Origin: Camelus ferus
Lineage: Eukaryota
Direction: 5' to 3'
Assembly: GCF_009834535.1 (NCBI RefSeq)
Contig: NC_045697.1
Coordinates: 92,196,001-92,260,000 of the forward strand
DNA: 64,000 bases
The notes below the pieces were generated by a model. The model worked only from the letters and a program-made list of their open reading frames with translations. It was not told the DNA's origin and made no database searches. Position 1 is the stretch's first letter; each line of letters opens with the position of its first letter. Below, piece by piece: positions 51,046 to 64,000 of the stretch. The position numbers and the translations under genes were made by a program.

Positions 51046-54000
51046 GAACGCTTTCAAACTGAATTGCAAACTTTATTTCAGAGGTTCCTCATGATGACTG
51101 GAAGACTTTCTCTTCCTCTCTCCCCTGCTATATTACATGTAATATACATTATATATCAATAACAACATGTATAATCATTCTTTTTAGTTTTTTATACATT
51201 GTGCACTTATCTTTACCACTTAACACTATTAATAAATTTCAAGGTAACATGTATTTAGTGAGACCATTGACTTAGGTAAGAATATTATCATTTGTTCCCA
51301 GTCCTCCAAAATTATAACAGTTTTTCAAATAATTCATAAAATAACATTATAAATAAACCAAATACCATTAATTTTCTTATTAAGATATCACTCTCAAGGG
51401 AGAATAGATGAATCGTTGAAATACATCTAAAATATTGATACTTGTGCTTGAGTCCTACTCAAATTGTGAGTCACAATAGACCTGGACTACAGTATCTAGA
51501 TGTATCTAGATGTTTTAAAGTTGGAGGCTTCTTTTCTTTTCCTTATTGAGAAAACTGCTAGTTGCAAAAATGAATATGTGTTCTTCTTGGAACTATTGTG
51601 AAAAAGGTAATGCAAATATGAATGGAGAGACTTGTGCCCATGCCTGTCAGGCCCTTCCTGGGTATTATATATGCACTATTTCATTTAAGTCTCACAATTA
51701 TCCTGAAAATTGATACTATCCCTCCATTGTTTGACATCCCTCAGCTAGTAAATAGAAGACCACAATTGCATGCCATTTCTGACCACAAAAGCTAGCCTCT
51801 TTTCACTAGGAGGACCCAAATAACAATGATTTGTTATCAAAATAGCATATCTGTCATTTAACCTCAGAGAACTAAGCTTGTCTTTGAATGCACATTTCCA
51901 ATTTTTTAAAAAAAATTTAAGAAAATTAGAAATGTACAACTTCCCATCTTCATGATACATATATTTTATAATTAAAGTATCTGTTAAAGTCACTGAGCTA
52001 ACATCAGCAATAGTCTCCAGGAGGTAATTTTAAATCACCGAGCAGACAAGTGGTAATGTGCGCTGTGCTCCCTGTCAGCCCAGCTATAAATGACTGTATG
52101 CTACTCCTAAACTCCATAAATTAAAAAAGGAAATTCAGAGCGTCCCTTTTTCACACAACACCCAGCCTTCCTTTGCATAAAAGCAAGAGACTCTAGGGAA
52201 CCTTATACATTAATACCCATATCAGTAAGGGGAATGAAAGTGATTTGGCTAGAAGCATACAAAATTGGGGATGTCTGAAAGATTCAGTATTTCTGCCCTG
52301 TCAGCTGAAAAGCATCAAACTCATTTTCCTTCATGCTGCGAATGAGCGTAACTGCAGTGGAGGCTATTCCTATAGCTGTCACCAAATAACTTGTCTCATG
52401 GTGTAGCCAAGGAATGGGACAGGATGTCATACCTCAAAATGAAATTAAAATAAAAATAGGATAAAAATACAAATAAAAGGATGCTTTTATCAACTATAAA
52501 ACTTGAAATAGTTGAGTTTTATCCCCAGGCAGCTTTTATATCAACCTGGTGAATTCTGAATCATTAGTACCAGAAATAGTATTTGGCTTAAGTTTTCAAT
52601 ACCCTGACTTAATCCCTGCCAGATCTTTCTGTACTCATGATGTAGAGTTGTGTGTGCTGGAACAGTAAGTGACAAGTGAGTGGGGCTTCTCCCTCCCCCT
52701 CACTTTTTCTGGCTTGAGTAGCATTGCCATTAACTACATGTAACAAATTATAATAGTGAAACAGAAAGTATCCACTTTTGTTCAGCCTATTTTCTTAGTT
52801 TCTTTTAAGTTTCTCTTTAGAAATTTATTTAAATAATTAAATCAAGAGATTTTCCATTTTAATGAAACAAAGCTTCCAGAAATGAGACAGTCTAGTCACT
52901 TTTCATAGTGTTTTTCTAATGTCACTAATTCCCCTGCACTGTAATGGGATTTTGTGTCATTGACATTCTCGTGAGTTTTTTATAATATAAATCCATAGAC
53001 ATGATGTTACAATGTCAAATGAAATAAGCTAGCAAGTCTATGGAGATATATGTCAATGATGCAAATATTTCTAACCTGTAGAAGTTGCAATATGTCAAGA
53101 TGATGGCAAATAATACCAGAGGATTTCTGGGGATACTATTTTCTGGAGCAAAAACAGTGCAAAAAAAGAATGTCAGTACAGTTCTGTTGAGACAGTGATC
53201 TGATTATCTGATTATCCAGGCAATAAATAAAAGAAAGATCGCTAATGTTTGTGTTCATCCAAGTTATTTTTTCTATATTTGGGGAATTGATAGTTTAATA
53301 TACCCTATTGCAAAGCACTTAAGAGCATCTTGTATCTTAAAAGGAAAATTTCTGGTCTCATGAAAGTCCAAACCAAGAGGAAGGGAGATTGTCCTGATTT
53401 TAATATCAAGAAGGCTATATTCTTTTACTCTATGCCTTTTCTGAGACTGGTTATTATCTACTAAAGCAATCATTAATGTTCTCTGCTTCCATGCTTAAAT
53501 TTTGGGTGGGGTTCAACTTTGGCAAAAATCTGAGTGTGACATGGTCAAATGTGTTCATGAAACTTCTGAAGTATGATTTTTAAAAATGATGCATGGCCTT
53601 CATTGGATAAATGGACGAAAGGGGGAAAAATCATCCATGATTTAGTTAATTCTTTAACTAATTCATTGCCTTGAATTTAAGTGTATTTAAGATAATGCTA
53701 CTAGGAGAGTAACTTGACCCTACTGGGTAAAAGCAATTTATTATAAATAGTTATTTTGGGTGCCATTCATTTAAGTTTCTGTACAAAGATAGAGTCCAAA
53801 ATAAAATATTGAAATTCATGATTTTGAATTATGTAGGCTATTCAGTCATTACTGCTGGAACACCAGACATAGGGAGTAATTTGCGACAACAACGTTATTA
53901 GAGTGATAGTGAAGTGGCCGAGAGAGCCTGTTCTAGAACAACACTAGAAGAAATAATCAAAATGCTATCATAGCCCCTCAGGAGGAAGAGGAGCTTATAT

Positions 54001-54344
54001 ACACAAACACATATACTCAAAGTACTTTCAAGCATGTCTTATCTTTTATCATAATATTCTTGTGATAGAGATAAGGGCAAATATTGTTCTATTTTTGCAT
54101 GGGGAGGCATGGTAGTTCTTTCTGATAATGTATCTAAGTAGAATCATGTAAAATTTGGATACTTATATCTAAAATACACGAGTTTTTACTTTTCAAGGTA
54201 GTTTGAATATGCACCTAAAGTAAGACTACTTTTCTTGAATATTCTACTTCTTTATTAATACTACATTTCTCCGCCCACCAAACTGGGATTTAGTTCTAGT
54301 TTTTAAATACCCCTATTTGTTATTTCTTTTATAAAATTCCATTT

Positions 54345-56375
54345 CTAGAGGACTGACACTACAAAATCATGACTTACTATAAAGCTACAGTAACCAAGAC
54401 AGTGTGATATTGGCAAAAGAATAGACAAATAGATGGACAGAATAGGGAACCCAGAAATAGGCCCATATAAATATAATCAATTGATCTTTGACAAAGGAGC
54501 AAAGGCAATGCCATGGAGCAAAGATAGTCTTTACAACAAATGGTACAAGAATGACTGAGCATTCACATGCAAAAAATGAATACAGACACAGACCTTACAC
54601 ATTTAACAAAAGCTTAACTCAGAATGAATCACAGACTTAAATGCAAAATGCAGAACTATAAACTCATTGAAGATAACATAGGAGAAAACCTTGATGACTT
54701 TGTATATGACAGTGACATTTTAGCTACAACAGCAAAGACCATAAAAAAAAAATTATCTGAACTTCATTAAAATCAAAAACTTCTGCCATGTAAATTATAA
54801 TATTTAGAGAATGAGAAGAAAAGCCACAGACTGGGAGAAAATATTTGCAAAAGACACACCTAATAAAGGACTGTTATCCCAAATACATAAAGAGCTTTTT
54901 AAACTCAACAGTAATGAACAATTTAAAAACTGGTCAAAAAACTTAATAGACACCACATTAAAGATATGTGGATAACAAGTAAGCACATGATAATGTGTTC
55001 CACATCACATGTCATCAGGGAAATGGGAATTAAAATAACAATGAGATACCACTACACACTTAACAGAATGGCAAAAATCCAAAACACTGACACCAGATGC
55101 GGGCAAGGAGGAACTCTTCATTCATTGCTGGTGAGAATAAAAAATGGCATCACCATTTTGGAAGGCAGTTTGGTAGTTTCTTAGAAAACAAAATGTTCAC
55201 AACACGTGATTGAGCAATTGCACTGTGTATTAGTGTTCTAAAGTGAAAAATAACCAATAGAAGATAGATACAGATACAGATAGAGACATATAAGAGGAAA
55301 TTTATTATTCGAATTGGCTAATGTGATTATGAAGGCAAAAAGATCCAAGATCTACAGTCTGCAAGCTGGAGAATCAGGAAAACTGGTGGTGTAATTCATC
55401 CCAAATCCAAAGGACTGAGAACCAGAACTCTGATGACAGGGCAAGAGATGGGTGTTTCAGCTCAAGCAGAGAGAATTTACCCTTTATCCACCTTTTTGAT
55501 CTATTCAGACCCTCAAGAGATTATGTGATGTCTCCTGCATTGGTGAAAGGGATCTTGTTTCCTTAGTCTACAGATTCAAATGCTAATCTCCTCCAGGACA
55601 CCCTCACAGACACACTCAGAAATGATGTTTTACTAGCTGTCTGGACATCTTTTAACCCAATCAACTTGACAGTTACAATTAATCATCATACAGTCCTTGA
55701 TATTTACCCAAAAGTATTAAAAACTTACATCCACACAAAAACCTGTACATGGATGTTTTTAGCAGTCTTATTCATAATTGCCAAAACTTGGAAGCAACCA
55801 AGCTGTCCTTCAGTTAGATGAATAGATAAATTTTGGTACACCTAGACAATTGAATATTATTAAGTGCTAAAAAAAATGAGCTTTCAAGCCTTGAAAAGAC
55901 ATGGATGAAACTTAAGTGTATATTACTGAGTGAAAGAAACCAATCTGAAAAGTTTATGTACTGTATGATATTCTGAAACAGACAAAACTAAGGGGACAGT
56001 AAAAAGTTAAGTGGTTGCTAGGGCTTAGGAAAGTGAAAATTGAATAGGTGGAGCACATAGGATTTTTAAGGCAGTGAAACTATTCCATATGATACTGTAA
56101 TGATGAATTCATGTCATTATATATTTGTCCAAGCCAATAGAATGTCCAATACCAAGGGTGAATGCTAATGTAAACTATGAACTTTGGATTATAATGATGT
56201 GTCAATATAAGGTCATCAATTGTAGTAAATGTACCGCTTTGGTGGGGGCTGTTGATAATGGGAGAGGTTATGAATGATTGAATGAAAGGAGTGAATGGGA
56301 AATCTCTGTACTTTCTGCCCAGTATTGCTCTCAACCTAAAACTGCTCTAAAAAATAAAGTCTGTTATTTAAAAAA
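54345..56375 (+). mobile_element. L1MC-like ORF2 3' part and 3'UTR, interrupted by an MLT2 LTR
   Basis: gacttactataaagctacagtaaccaagacagtgtg...agacaaatagatgg... through aacctaaaactgctctaaaaaataaagtc. Confidence 0.92.
55226..55690 (-). mobile_element. MLT2-type ERVL LTR inserted in the L1
   Basis: tgtattag...gaattggct...gtgattatg...gtctgcaagctggaga...cagattcaaatgctaatctc...cacagacac...aattaatcatcata; degenerate 5-bp TSD cactg/cagtc. Confidence 0.88.
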
Positions 56376-56856
56376 TTATATTTCTGGTAATTCGCCTGCT
56401 GTAAACTAGTACAGATTTATTTTTATTCAGTATTTATGTTCCAGGTAATTTTACATCTTATAATAATGCTCTTTAAAAAGAAGTTATAAACCCTGTTTTA
56501 TAGGTATGAAATCTAAGACTTGGAGATGATGAGTAAATTGCCAAAGTCAAATGGGCATAATTGAGAATATTCAAGGTATGAGTCGTGTGTGTGTTGGGCT
56601 CGAGAGTCTGTGCCCTTAAAGGAGCCTCATTGCTTCATCCATTCATCCAGCTATCCATCCAGAAAACATTTTTAGTGAGGAAGATATTTACTCAACCTTC
56701 CATTATTAATAGTGCTTTGTTCAGGGTATGAACAAACAGTTCCTGGACTTTCTGTCTTCTTTTCTACTGCTTGTCAAGCTGTGCCATATATTTTTGTCTG
56801 AGATTAAGAATAAGAGAACTGATTATGTCTTCTGTAGAATTTTTATATTAAGAGTA

Positions 56857-57366
56857 AATAACGCCATTTGCACCAACATGGATGGACCTGGAGATTGCTA
56901 TTCTAAGCCAGAAAGAGAAAGAAAAATACCATATGATACCACTTATATGTGGAATCTTAAAAAAAAAAAAAAAAGACAAAACAAATGAACTTATTTACAA
57001 AATACAAACAAAAAAAGACAAGACAAATGAACTTATTTACAAAACAGACATACAAAAACAGTGTATGGTTACCATACCAAAGGGGTGGGAAGGGATAAAT
57101 TAGGAGTTCGAGATTTGCAGATACTAACTAACATATATATATAATAAACATGTTTATACTGTATAGCACAGGGAACTATATTCATTATCTTGTAGTAATG
57201 TATGGTGAAAAAAATATGAAAACGAATATATATATGGCCATGTATGACTGAAGCATTGTGCTGTGCACTAGAAAATGACACAATATTGTAAAGTGACAAT
57301 ACTTCCATAAAATATATAATATATATACATATACTTCCATAAAATATATATATATACAAAAAAAAA
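56857..57366 (+). mobile_element. 5'-truncated lineage-specific L1 3' end
   Basis: aacgccatttgcaccaacatggatggacctggag...aagccagaaagagaaagaaaaataccatatg...tgtatagcacagggaactata, poly(A), and aagagt(a/t)aa on both flanks. Confidence 0.9.
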
Positions 57367-58499
57367 GAGTTAACCCATGTAAACCTACATAAATGCAGGT
57401 GGATTGTTAGGCCATGATACAGTATCATTTCTTATTCTACCTTATAATTTTCCTTAAGTTTTTATTGTCTTGAATAGGAGGGTTAGCCTGGACTTACGCA
57501 TTTGTAAATGAAATTTTTTTCTAATAAAAATATTTTGATATTTAAACTCTATCATATCTGTACTTTACCTTAATGTTGAATCAGTTGGTTTCTTGTTTAG
57601 AGTAAAAGTATATTAGCCTTTGTTTCCAACATGTGCTATTTCATGGGAAAGGTTTCTTTTAAACAAAGCAATGAGTCATTTTAAGAAAAAAGATGGTTCA
57701 TATACATAATTTTTCTCTGTGTTAATCAACTTTTTGTTCTCCATAAATCCAAGTTAATAGTAGTACTCAAAGCAGATAGATGATTTTAAGATTTATATAG
57801 AAATATTTTTATGGAAATTGATAGATACTGCGACTGCTATCGTTTTATGGGATGATGCTTTATAGGATTTCATGAGAGCTTATTAGGAACAAAAGGCAAA
57901 TATAAATGTAGAGTGTATATAGGAATTTTGTTTGCAAAGAATTGAGTAAAATTTTACAGTCATGTTTTGTTCACATAAAGTCAAAACAAAACTAAAGGCA
58001 CTGCCTCATGACTCCATTAAAATTTTGAATTAGACTTTACGTTTTTGGAGCTTTACTCAGGATTTTAAATTTCAAAAACTGATCAAATAACTATATATAT
58101 TTTTTATATTTGACAAACCATTACTTGCTGATATTGATGGTGTTTCTAATAATTAATATTACTTTGTAGCTACTGCAAAGTATTAAACCTGTCATTTTTT
58201 TGAAAGGACATATTTTGTATGAATCTGTCTTACATTTTTTTTGAGGAAGATCAGTAACTATCTAATCACCCATTCATAACCCTAGTACTTATCTAAAACT
58301 ATAATTTTTATAATAGCTATTTTCAGAAAATCCTACAAGTCAATCTGACCTCATTGCTTTTGTTTCCTAGTATCTAAGCAGCCTCCTCCCTTTTCCAGAA
58401 AGCTTCCTGCTGTTGCTTCCAGATCTCTTACTAGGGTGGTCTTCAGACTCCCCTTCTCTAACTTGTCCACTCCTTTTCCACAAGAAATGCATTTTGTGT

Positions 58500-58668
58500 T
58501 AGCCTGTTCCAGGAGTGGGGCCCAATGCAAAATCTAATATAGGCCCCTTATTAGAAATTATTAATAATTGCACAATGATGGCAGTAGAAAATTAAGCCAA
58601 GTGCAGAGCCCTTCTAAGCATGGGGTCCTGTGCACCACACATATTATGGACTCATGAAACTGGCCTTG
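58500..58668 (-). mobile_element. MER45-like hAT-Tip100 fossil
   Basis: gccaagtgcagagcccttctaagcatggggtcctgtgc...catgaaactggccttg is the reverse complement of the MER45 terminus as recalled. Confidence 0.55.
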
Positions 58669-61600
58669 ACCTATTCCCTTGGTGGTTATGCCCCAGAATT
58701 TTGCTTCTTTTTTGATGCATCCTTACCCTGACTGTATCTTTCTTTCCCGCACTCTGATTCCCTTTCTTTCCTCCATGTAGTTGTGTAGCCCCAGAGTCTC
58801 GAGCTGCAGAGAATCTTACATGCCCCTTTTCCTGTTTTTGTAGAAGGAAGGTCAAAAGAGCAAGTATTTGGGAATTTTTCTTGGGATACTTTTATCATCA
58901 GGAATTACTCCAGATATTCTTGGTAATAAATCATATTTGAGAATTGAAGTCGTATAAGAATTCTACTATGAAATACTATATTTTGATTCAGTTTTCTTGA
59001 CTTAATGTATGATTAATGACTAAAGTATGTGTCTGTTCAAAGCTTGGTTACATACATGTAAAAATTAATTCATTTCACAAGTGTCTATGTATGTGGTGGC
59101 GGCAGACCCAGAGACAATTGTTTTAAAAACAGAGTATTAAAATATTAATCCTTGTTATCACCATTAAAAAAGCAATACCCTCCCTTAGACTTGGCACCAT
59201 TTTCAGGATTAAAGAGTTCTTAGCTGACTCTCCTCTTTCTGATCTGTGCCCTCATATCCTCTGGGAACCCTCTTTTTCCTTATCTCCTTTCTATCCTGAT
59301 TTGCTTTATGTGTTTCAGAAGTAACAGTAATTAATCTGATAACCCGTTAGATGGTCAGAAGGTACCAAATCATCTACTTTGTTTCTCCCATGAGATAAAT
59401 GGCATTTACTTTTTTATGCTGACTCTGCAGGTGATCTAATGACATCTAGTTTACTGGCTCTGTCAAAGGGATACTTGCAATTGTGACACTTAAGAATTTT
59501 GGTCCGGTTGAAAAGGAAGATTCGGTGACTGGTATTGGGGGATATCAGGAATATTTCTGAATATTTTCCTCAAAGTAAAGTTGTATACTTAGTTGGCTAA
59601 TCACTTATTTGGCTCATCGTTTATTCTTGGGCTTACTTTTTGTGATACAACTTTCTCATAGAATGTAAATTTTTAATGGGAGGACAAAAACCTTGTATTT
59701 GTAATAAATGATATAGTAAGTATAGCCTATTGTATATTATCGATTATAATTATCCACTGCATGTTGCACTTATGAATTTTATTTGTTATGTTTTCATGAG
59801 TGCTTTTGACATTATTTTAGTTATTTCAGAGTAACTTGTGTGCTGTCCACATAGAACTACAAAATATACAACTAAATATATATATGTGTAAATATATAAC
59901 CAGTTTTTCAAAAATTTCAAATCTTATGCTGCTTTTATCTAAATAATTTAGATGAAATTGTGCATGTACGTGTGTGTTTTGGACTGAATTATGTAACAGT
60001 TGCCTTAATTCTTCATTTGTTAAACTATTGTGTGTGAACAAGTATAGTTCAGAATTTGAGGGTGCACTTGGACTTCCATAAGATAAATATTTATATTTTG
60101 TGAAATAGAACACGTTTGAAAAAAATCATTAAATATATGTGACTACATTAATATAATAATGTTTATATATGAAGGATATAAAATTTAAAATTATATACAT
60201 ATCAGAGTGAACACCTATAGCTGTATAGCAAATAATGAAAGTAAATTCATTTCTGCATCTGAATATATTTTTAAACTCCTCAAACTAAAATCTATTGAGA
60301 AATACTTGATAATGGGATAAAACAAATATTTATATAGTTTTTTTGTTTGTTTTTAAGAGGCATGCATAGAATAGGTTTGGAACACAGTGAACATGTATGT
60401 CTACAGAAAACTATGAAAATTTTCAAATAAAAATATTTTACCCGCATGTAGTTAGATTGACAAATTATATTTGAGTACTTTATTAGTAGACAGACTTGCT
60501 TAAATACTAGTAGGCCAACTAAGAATCAAGCTAATTGTATTAGATGATTTTATAATCCTTTATGTCTGATCAAATGATATCACTGAAAATGTACTTGAAA
60601 TTTGAAAAAGAAATTTAAGTTATCATAATGAAATATGGGTCATAAGAGATACCATTACTCTCATAGGTTTAAGATGTTTTAATTTTTTGCTGAGAACACC
60701 TTAGTATTCAAAACCATTTTGTTTTAGTAAAACTTGTTAACATGATAAACTTTATAATTAGTTTGAAGTGACTTTGGTGATCCAAAAATTTTTATAAAGT
60801 TTTTAAATGACAATCATTACTCTGCTTTAAACATTTTAATAAGTCACTGTTCTTATCCTTAAAGGAAACCACATGATACGAGATTTTGCTGAGAAAAATT
60901 AAATTGAATTGTCTCCAGTGTACAACTTACATTTGAAGATTGAATAAAGATGGGTTTCATAGTCACAATTTATTGAATAGGTCTATAAATAACAGGAAAA
61001 GTTCAGTTACATATAAAAATTACTTCTTCACATTAGGTGCTCCTATATTTATATTTTGAATGATTCAGTTAAGAGGTGGTGAGAAATATTTATAATACCA
61101 GGTCATCAGGATAAAATAGGGACAATGCAGTTTAATCACTTTATTTATTTTTTTGAAATGTCCTTAATGGAAAGAATGAATAACTGCCTTGCTTCAAAAT
61201 TAAATTCTATTGCCTTGAGTGAAAGATTTGAGTATTAGCATAACATTCTATTTATGTGAGTTATGCTGTAGTTTTTGTCATTTTTTACATTACAGTGCAG
61301 GAAATGTTGCTGATTTATTATTGCATTTTTAAAGGGCAATGCTATGCTGAAACCAGAGACTGAAGGAAGCTAAAAACTCAGCCTTGACAAGGTTTATGAT
61401 CGCTGACTACTTGTCCTATTTATAGGGCTGTATTTAAAAGTAAGCTAATGTAGTAAGATCAAATATGATTGATGTTTTCCCATTTATTGTTTTCTAATGT
61501 TTCATTTTGTTGGTTTTAAGATGGTTATAAGAATCAAGAAATATGAAGTTACGTGGAAGTTAAAGAATGCATAGTACTTTCCATTTTCATTATGCTCGTT

Positions 61601-64000
61601 TGAAGAGAATTATTTTCTAAATATTCAGCTTGGGTCCTATCAGCATCCACTATAATCAGAGTAATTTTTAAAATATCAAATGAATTATGAATACTCTCTT
61701 CAGCTATGCAAGCAAGATGTTAAATGGCTGTGTGAGGATTTGAATGCTGTGGTCTAGTATATAAGGTAATTATCACCAATGCGAAAAACATTCCTGCTTA
61801 TAAATTATAAGGACTTGAGAGCTTGAAACTTTTACAAGATTATATCTCAGTTGAACCAAAGGAAGCAAAGTCAAACTTCTTATTTGGCCAAGCATCTGGA
61901 AGCATAATGAGTGAACTTAAATGTTATTATTCAAAAACTTAAGAGTATGAGTATATTTGTAGTCTGCATTACAATTCTGAATTCAGTTTCTTAGAATCAT
62001 GGAAAGTAAGAGTAATAACTATTTCTTTTAGTTTTCAAGCAAGTATTTATCAGTAATTCGTAAATAACAATAATACATTATTTTTATATATCTAAATTAA
62101 TTATACTTCTTTGATATTCCATACAGCATGAAGTAATTATTCAAGGTATAGGCAGAGCAAAAAGATTTAGTAAGTGACTTGATTATTTAAACTGTTAGGA
62201 ATGGAGGCAGTGCAAACAGGTGAAAAGGTAATATAAACAGATCCAGTGGTTATAACCTTTGGGATTAATGTGGATAAAAAATATCTGATATACTACAACC
62301 AGTTAGTCTGAGTGGACTGGGTATAGTAAATTGCACTTACTAGAGTTGTCATTCCATGGAAACTTTATTCCATCATTTGGATCAAGAATAAATCTAAGCT
62401 GAGATAAATGTTCTAATGTTATAGATACCTGAGATATTATACTCCACCTTGAAAAAAATGATTTTGTGTTTATTGTGGATTAATTCCAGAGGTTAGTGTT
62501 TGTAGACTTCAAAATATAATAGGGCTAAGAATGAATAACATTGAATTAGTAAAGCTTGATCTATAATTACCATTTACACCAGGCAAGAGAAATATTTTAT
62601 TGTAACTGACCTGAATAATAGAGTGGGATGGAAGGAAGGAAGTTTATTTATTTGAGACACCAAATGAAAACTATGAAACACAAAGGGGAAAAGGTAGTTT
62701 CACTGAGAATAAAATATTCATGTTGATAACTTACGTAAGACAAAAGATGGAGTGTTTTCTGCAGGGAAATTACTTTCTTTGATGAGCTCCATTTATGCAT
62801 GATGAAGTTTTAAATTTTTGAAAACCCCCTTGGTTATTTTTTCTTCCTTTCAATTCTTGTGGTTTTAATTTCAGACATAAACAGATGTAAAATTTTCTTG
62901 CTAAAAGCTTCTTACTCTGCTTAAAGTTGAATTTATAGCACAGGGAAAAAAATGCCTTCTTACAATGACAGTGATTAGGAAATCAATATTTAAGGCACTG
63001 GATTCATGAATTGCACGGTGAACAGTGGCTCCATTCGTTTTGAAACCACTGTATGATAAAATATATCTTCATTTACTTTGCTCATTTTTAAGATTGTTTG
63101 TTTGAAGCATATTCTTGAGGGATGCTGAGTATTATATCTTCTAACTAGCAGCTTGAGTTTGGAAGCAATTTTGTTTGAGTAAAATCCACTATGTAATGAC
63201 TTTGAGTGGCCTGCAAGCTGCATGTTAAGGCTCACATACATACTTCTTGAGGATAGAAAGCTATTGGTTTTACTTGGTAATTTAATGTGGGAAGCATTTT
63301 AGAAACTTCAATGGCAAATGAGGATCTGAATCTTACATATTGCCTATCACCCTAATCAAGAGAGAAGGGACAATAGAATATACTTCATCTCTAGAGACTT
63401 GGGTTCCAATAGTAGAACATGAAACTAGATGGGAAGATAGATGTGTGGGTCTCAGTATGTAGACTTATTTATGCATCACAGAGTCACCATGCAATCTGAC
63501 ACTATTTGAAGGAGGTTGCTAGTATCAGCCTCACAAAAGACTGAGACAAAAGTGGGCAGAAGAAGGAATGTTTATAAGTTGATGTACATTAGCCAAACAT
63601 TGATGGAGCCTGCTTGTATGCAATTGCCTGATGCATTAGGAGCAAATCTTTAGGGAAATGTACTTAGTGACATAAATCATAAACAAAGCTCTGTAGAATT
63701 ACCAAGTGTGGTAAGTAGATACCTACACTGGTAGAATGACTGTTATTAGACTGAAACCCTGAATTTGCTGCCTACTTCAAAATCATTTGCAAATCTCTCT
63801 CAGTGGCCCAGTTCTGCAGTCCTTGACAGCAGGAATCTAACCTATGTTTTCACACTTAAAAATCTAACAAAATCTAGTGATTCAAACATGTTTTTGGAAG
63901 TTAAGAAAATGATAAATAATAAATAACTACACACACTTACAATTGTTTATATGTATATATACAAATACACACATTTTTAACTCTCATGTACTTAGGTAAT

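Noticed and set aside
59300..63250. Several acceptor-like sites (59318, 59430, 61294, 61520, 62874) and the 83-aa minus ORF at 62990-63241
   Set aside because: No strong paired donors or recognisable open coding frames; cannot be supported as exons from sequence alone.

Overview
AT-rich mammalian, largely non-coding DNA. The host is probably a camelid, inferred from the young L1 3' ends and from seeing no Alu, B1/B2, Can-SINE, PRE-1 or Bov-type SINEs. I could not support any intact host protein-coding exon; almost all ORFs in the supplied track are chance ORFs or lie inside repeats. The main signal is at the left edge (1 to ~1950, + strand). Manual translation gives a heavily decayed but collinear series of motifs of a Mononegavirales-type (non-segmented negative-strand RNA virus) L polymerase. 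In order these are DVxIG(R), GH(P), FEY/GPS, the KERE-x-GR pre-motif, and motifs A, NPP, B (MAEG..QK.W), degenerate C and D. This indicates an endogenous viral element that runs off the window start, with a mixed family signature. The rest of the window holds a small CpG island with a probable first exon (~33.3-33.74 kb, gene not recognised) and two exon-like non-coding segments. It also holds many transposon fossils: a nested pair of ERV1 LTRs with perfect TSDs, a two-LTR non-autonomous ERV, two HAL1-like elements, old L1/L2/MIR/MaLR/Tigger/MER copies, and a young L1 carrying a captured ~235-bp filler with a junction palindrome. All family names and viral reference motifs are recalled from memory, not from database searches.
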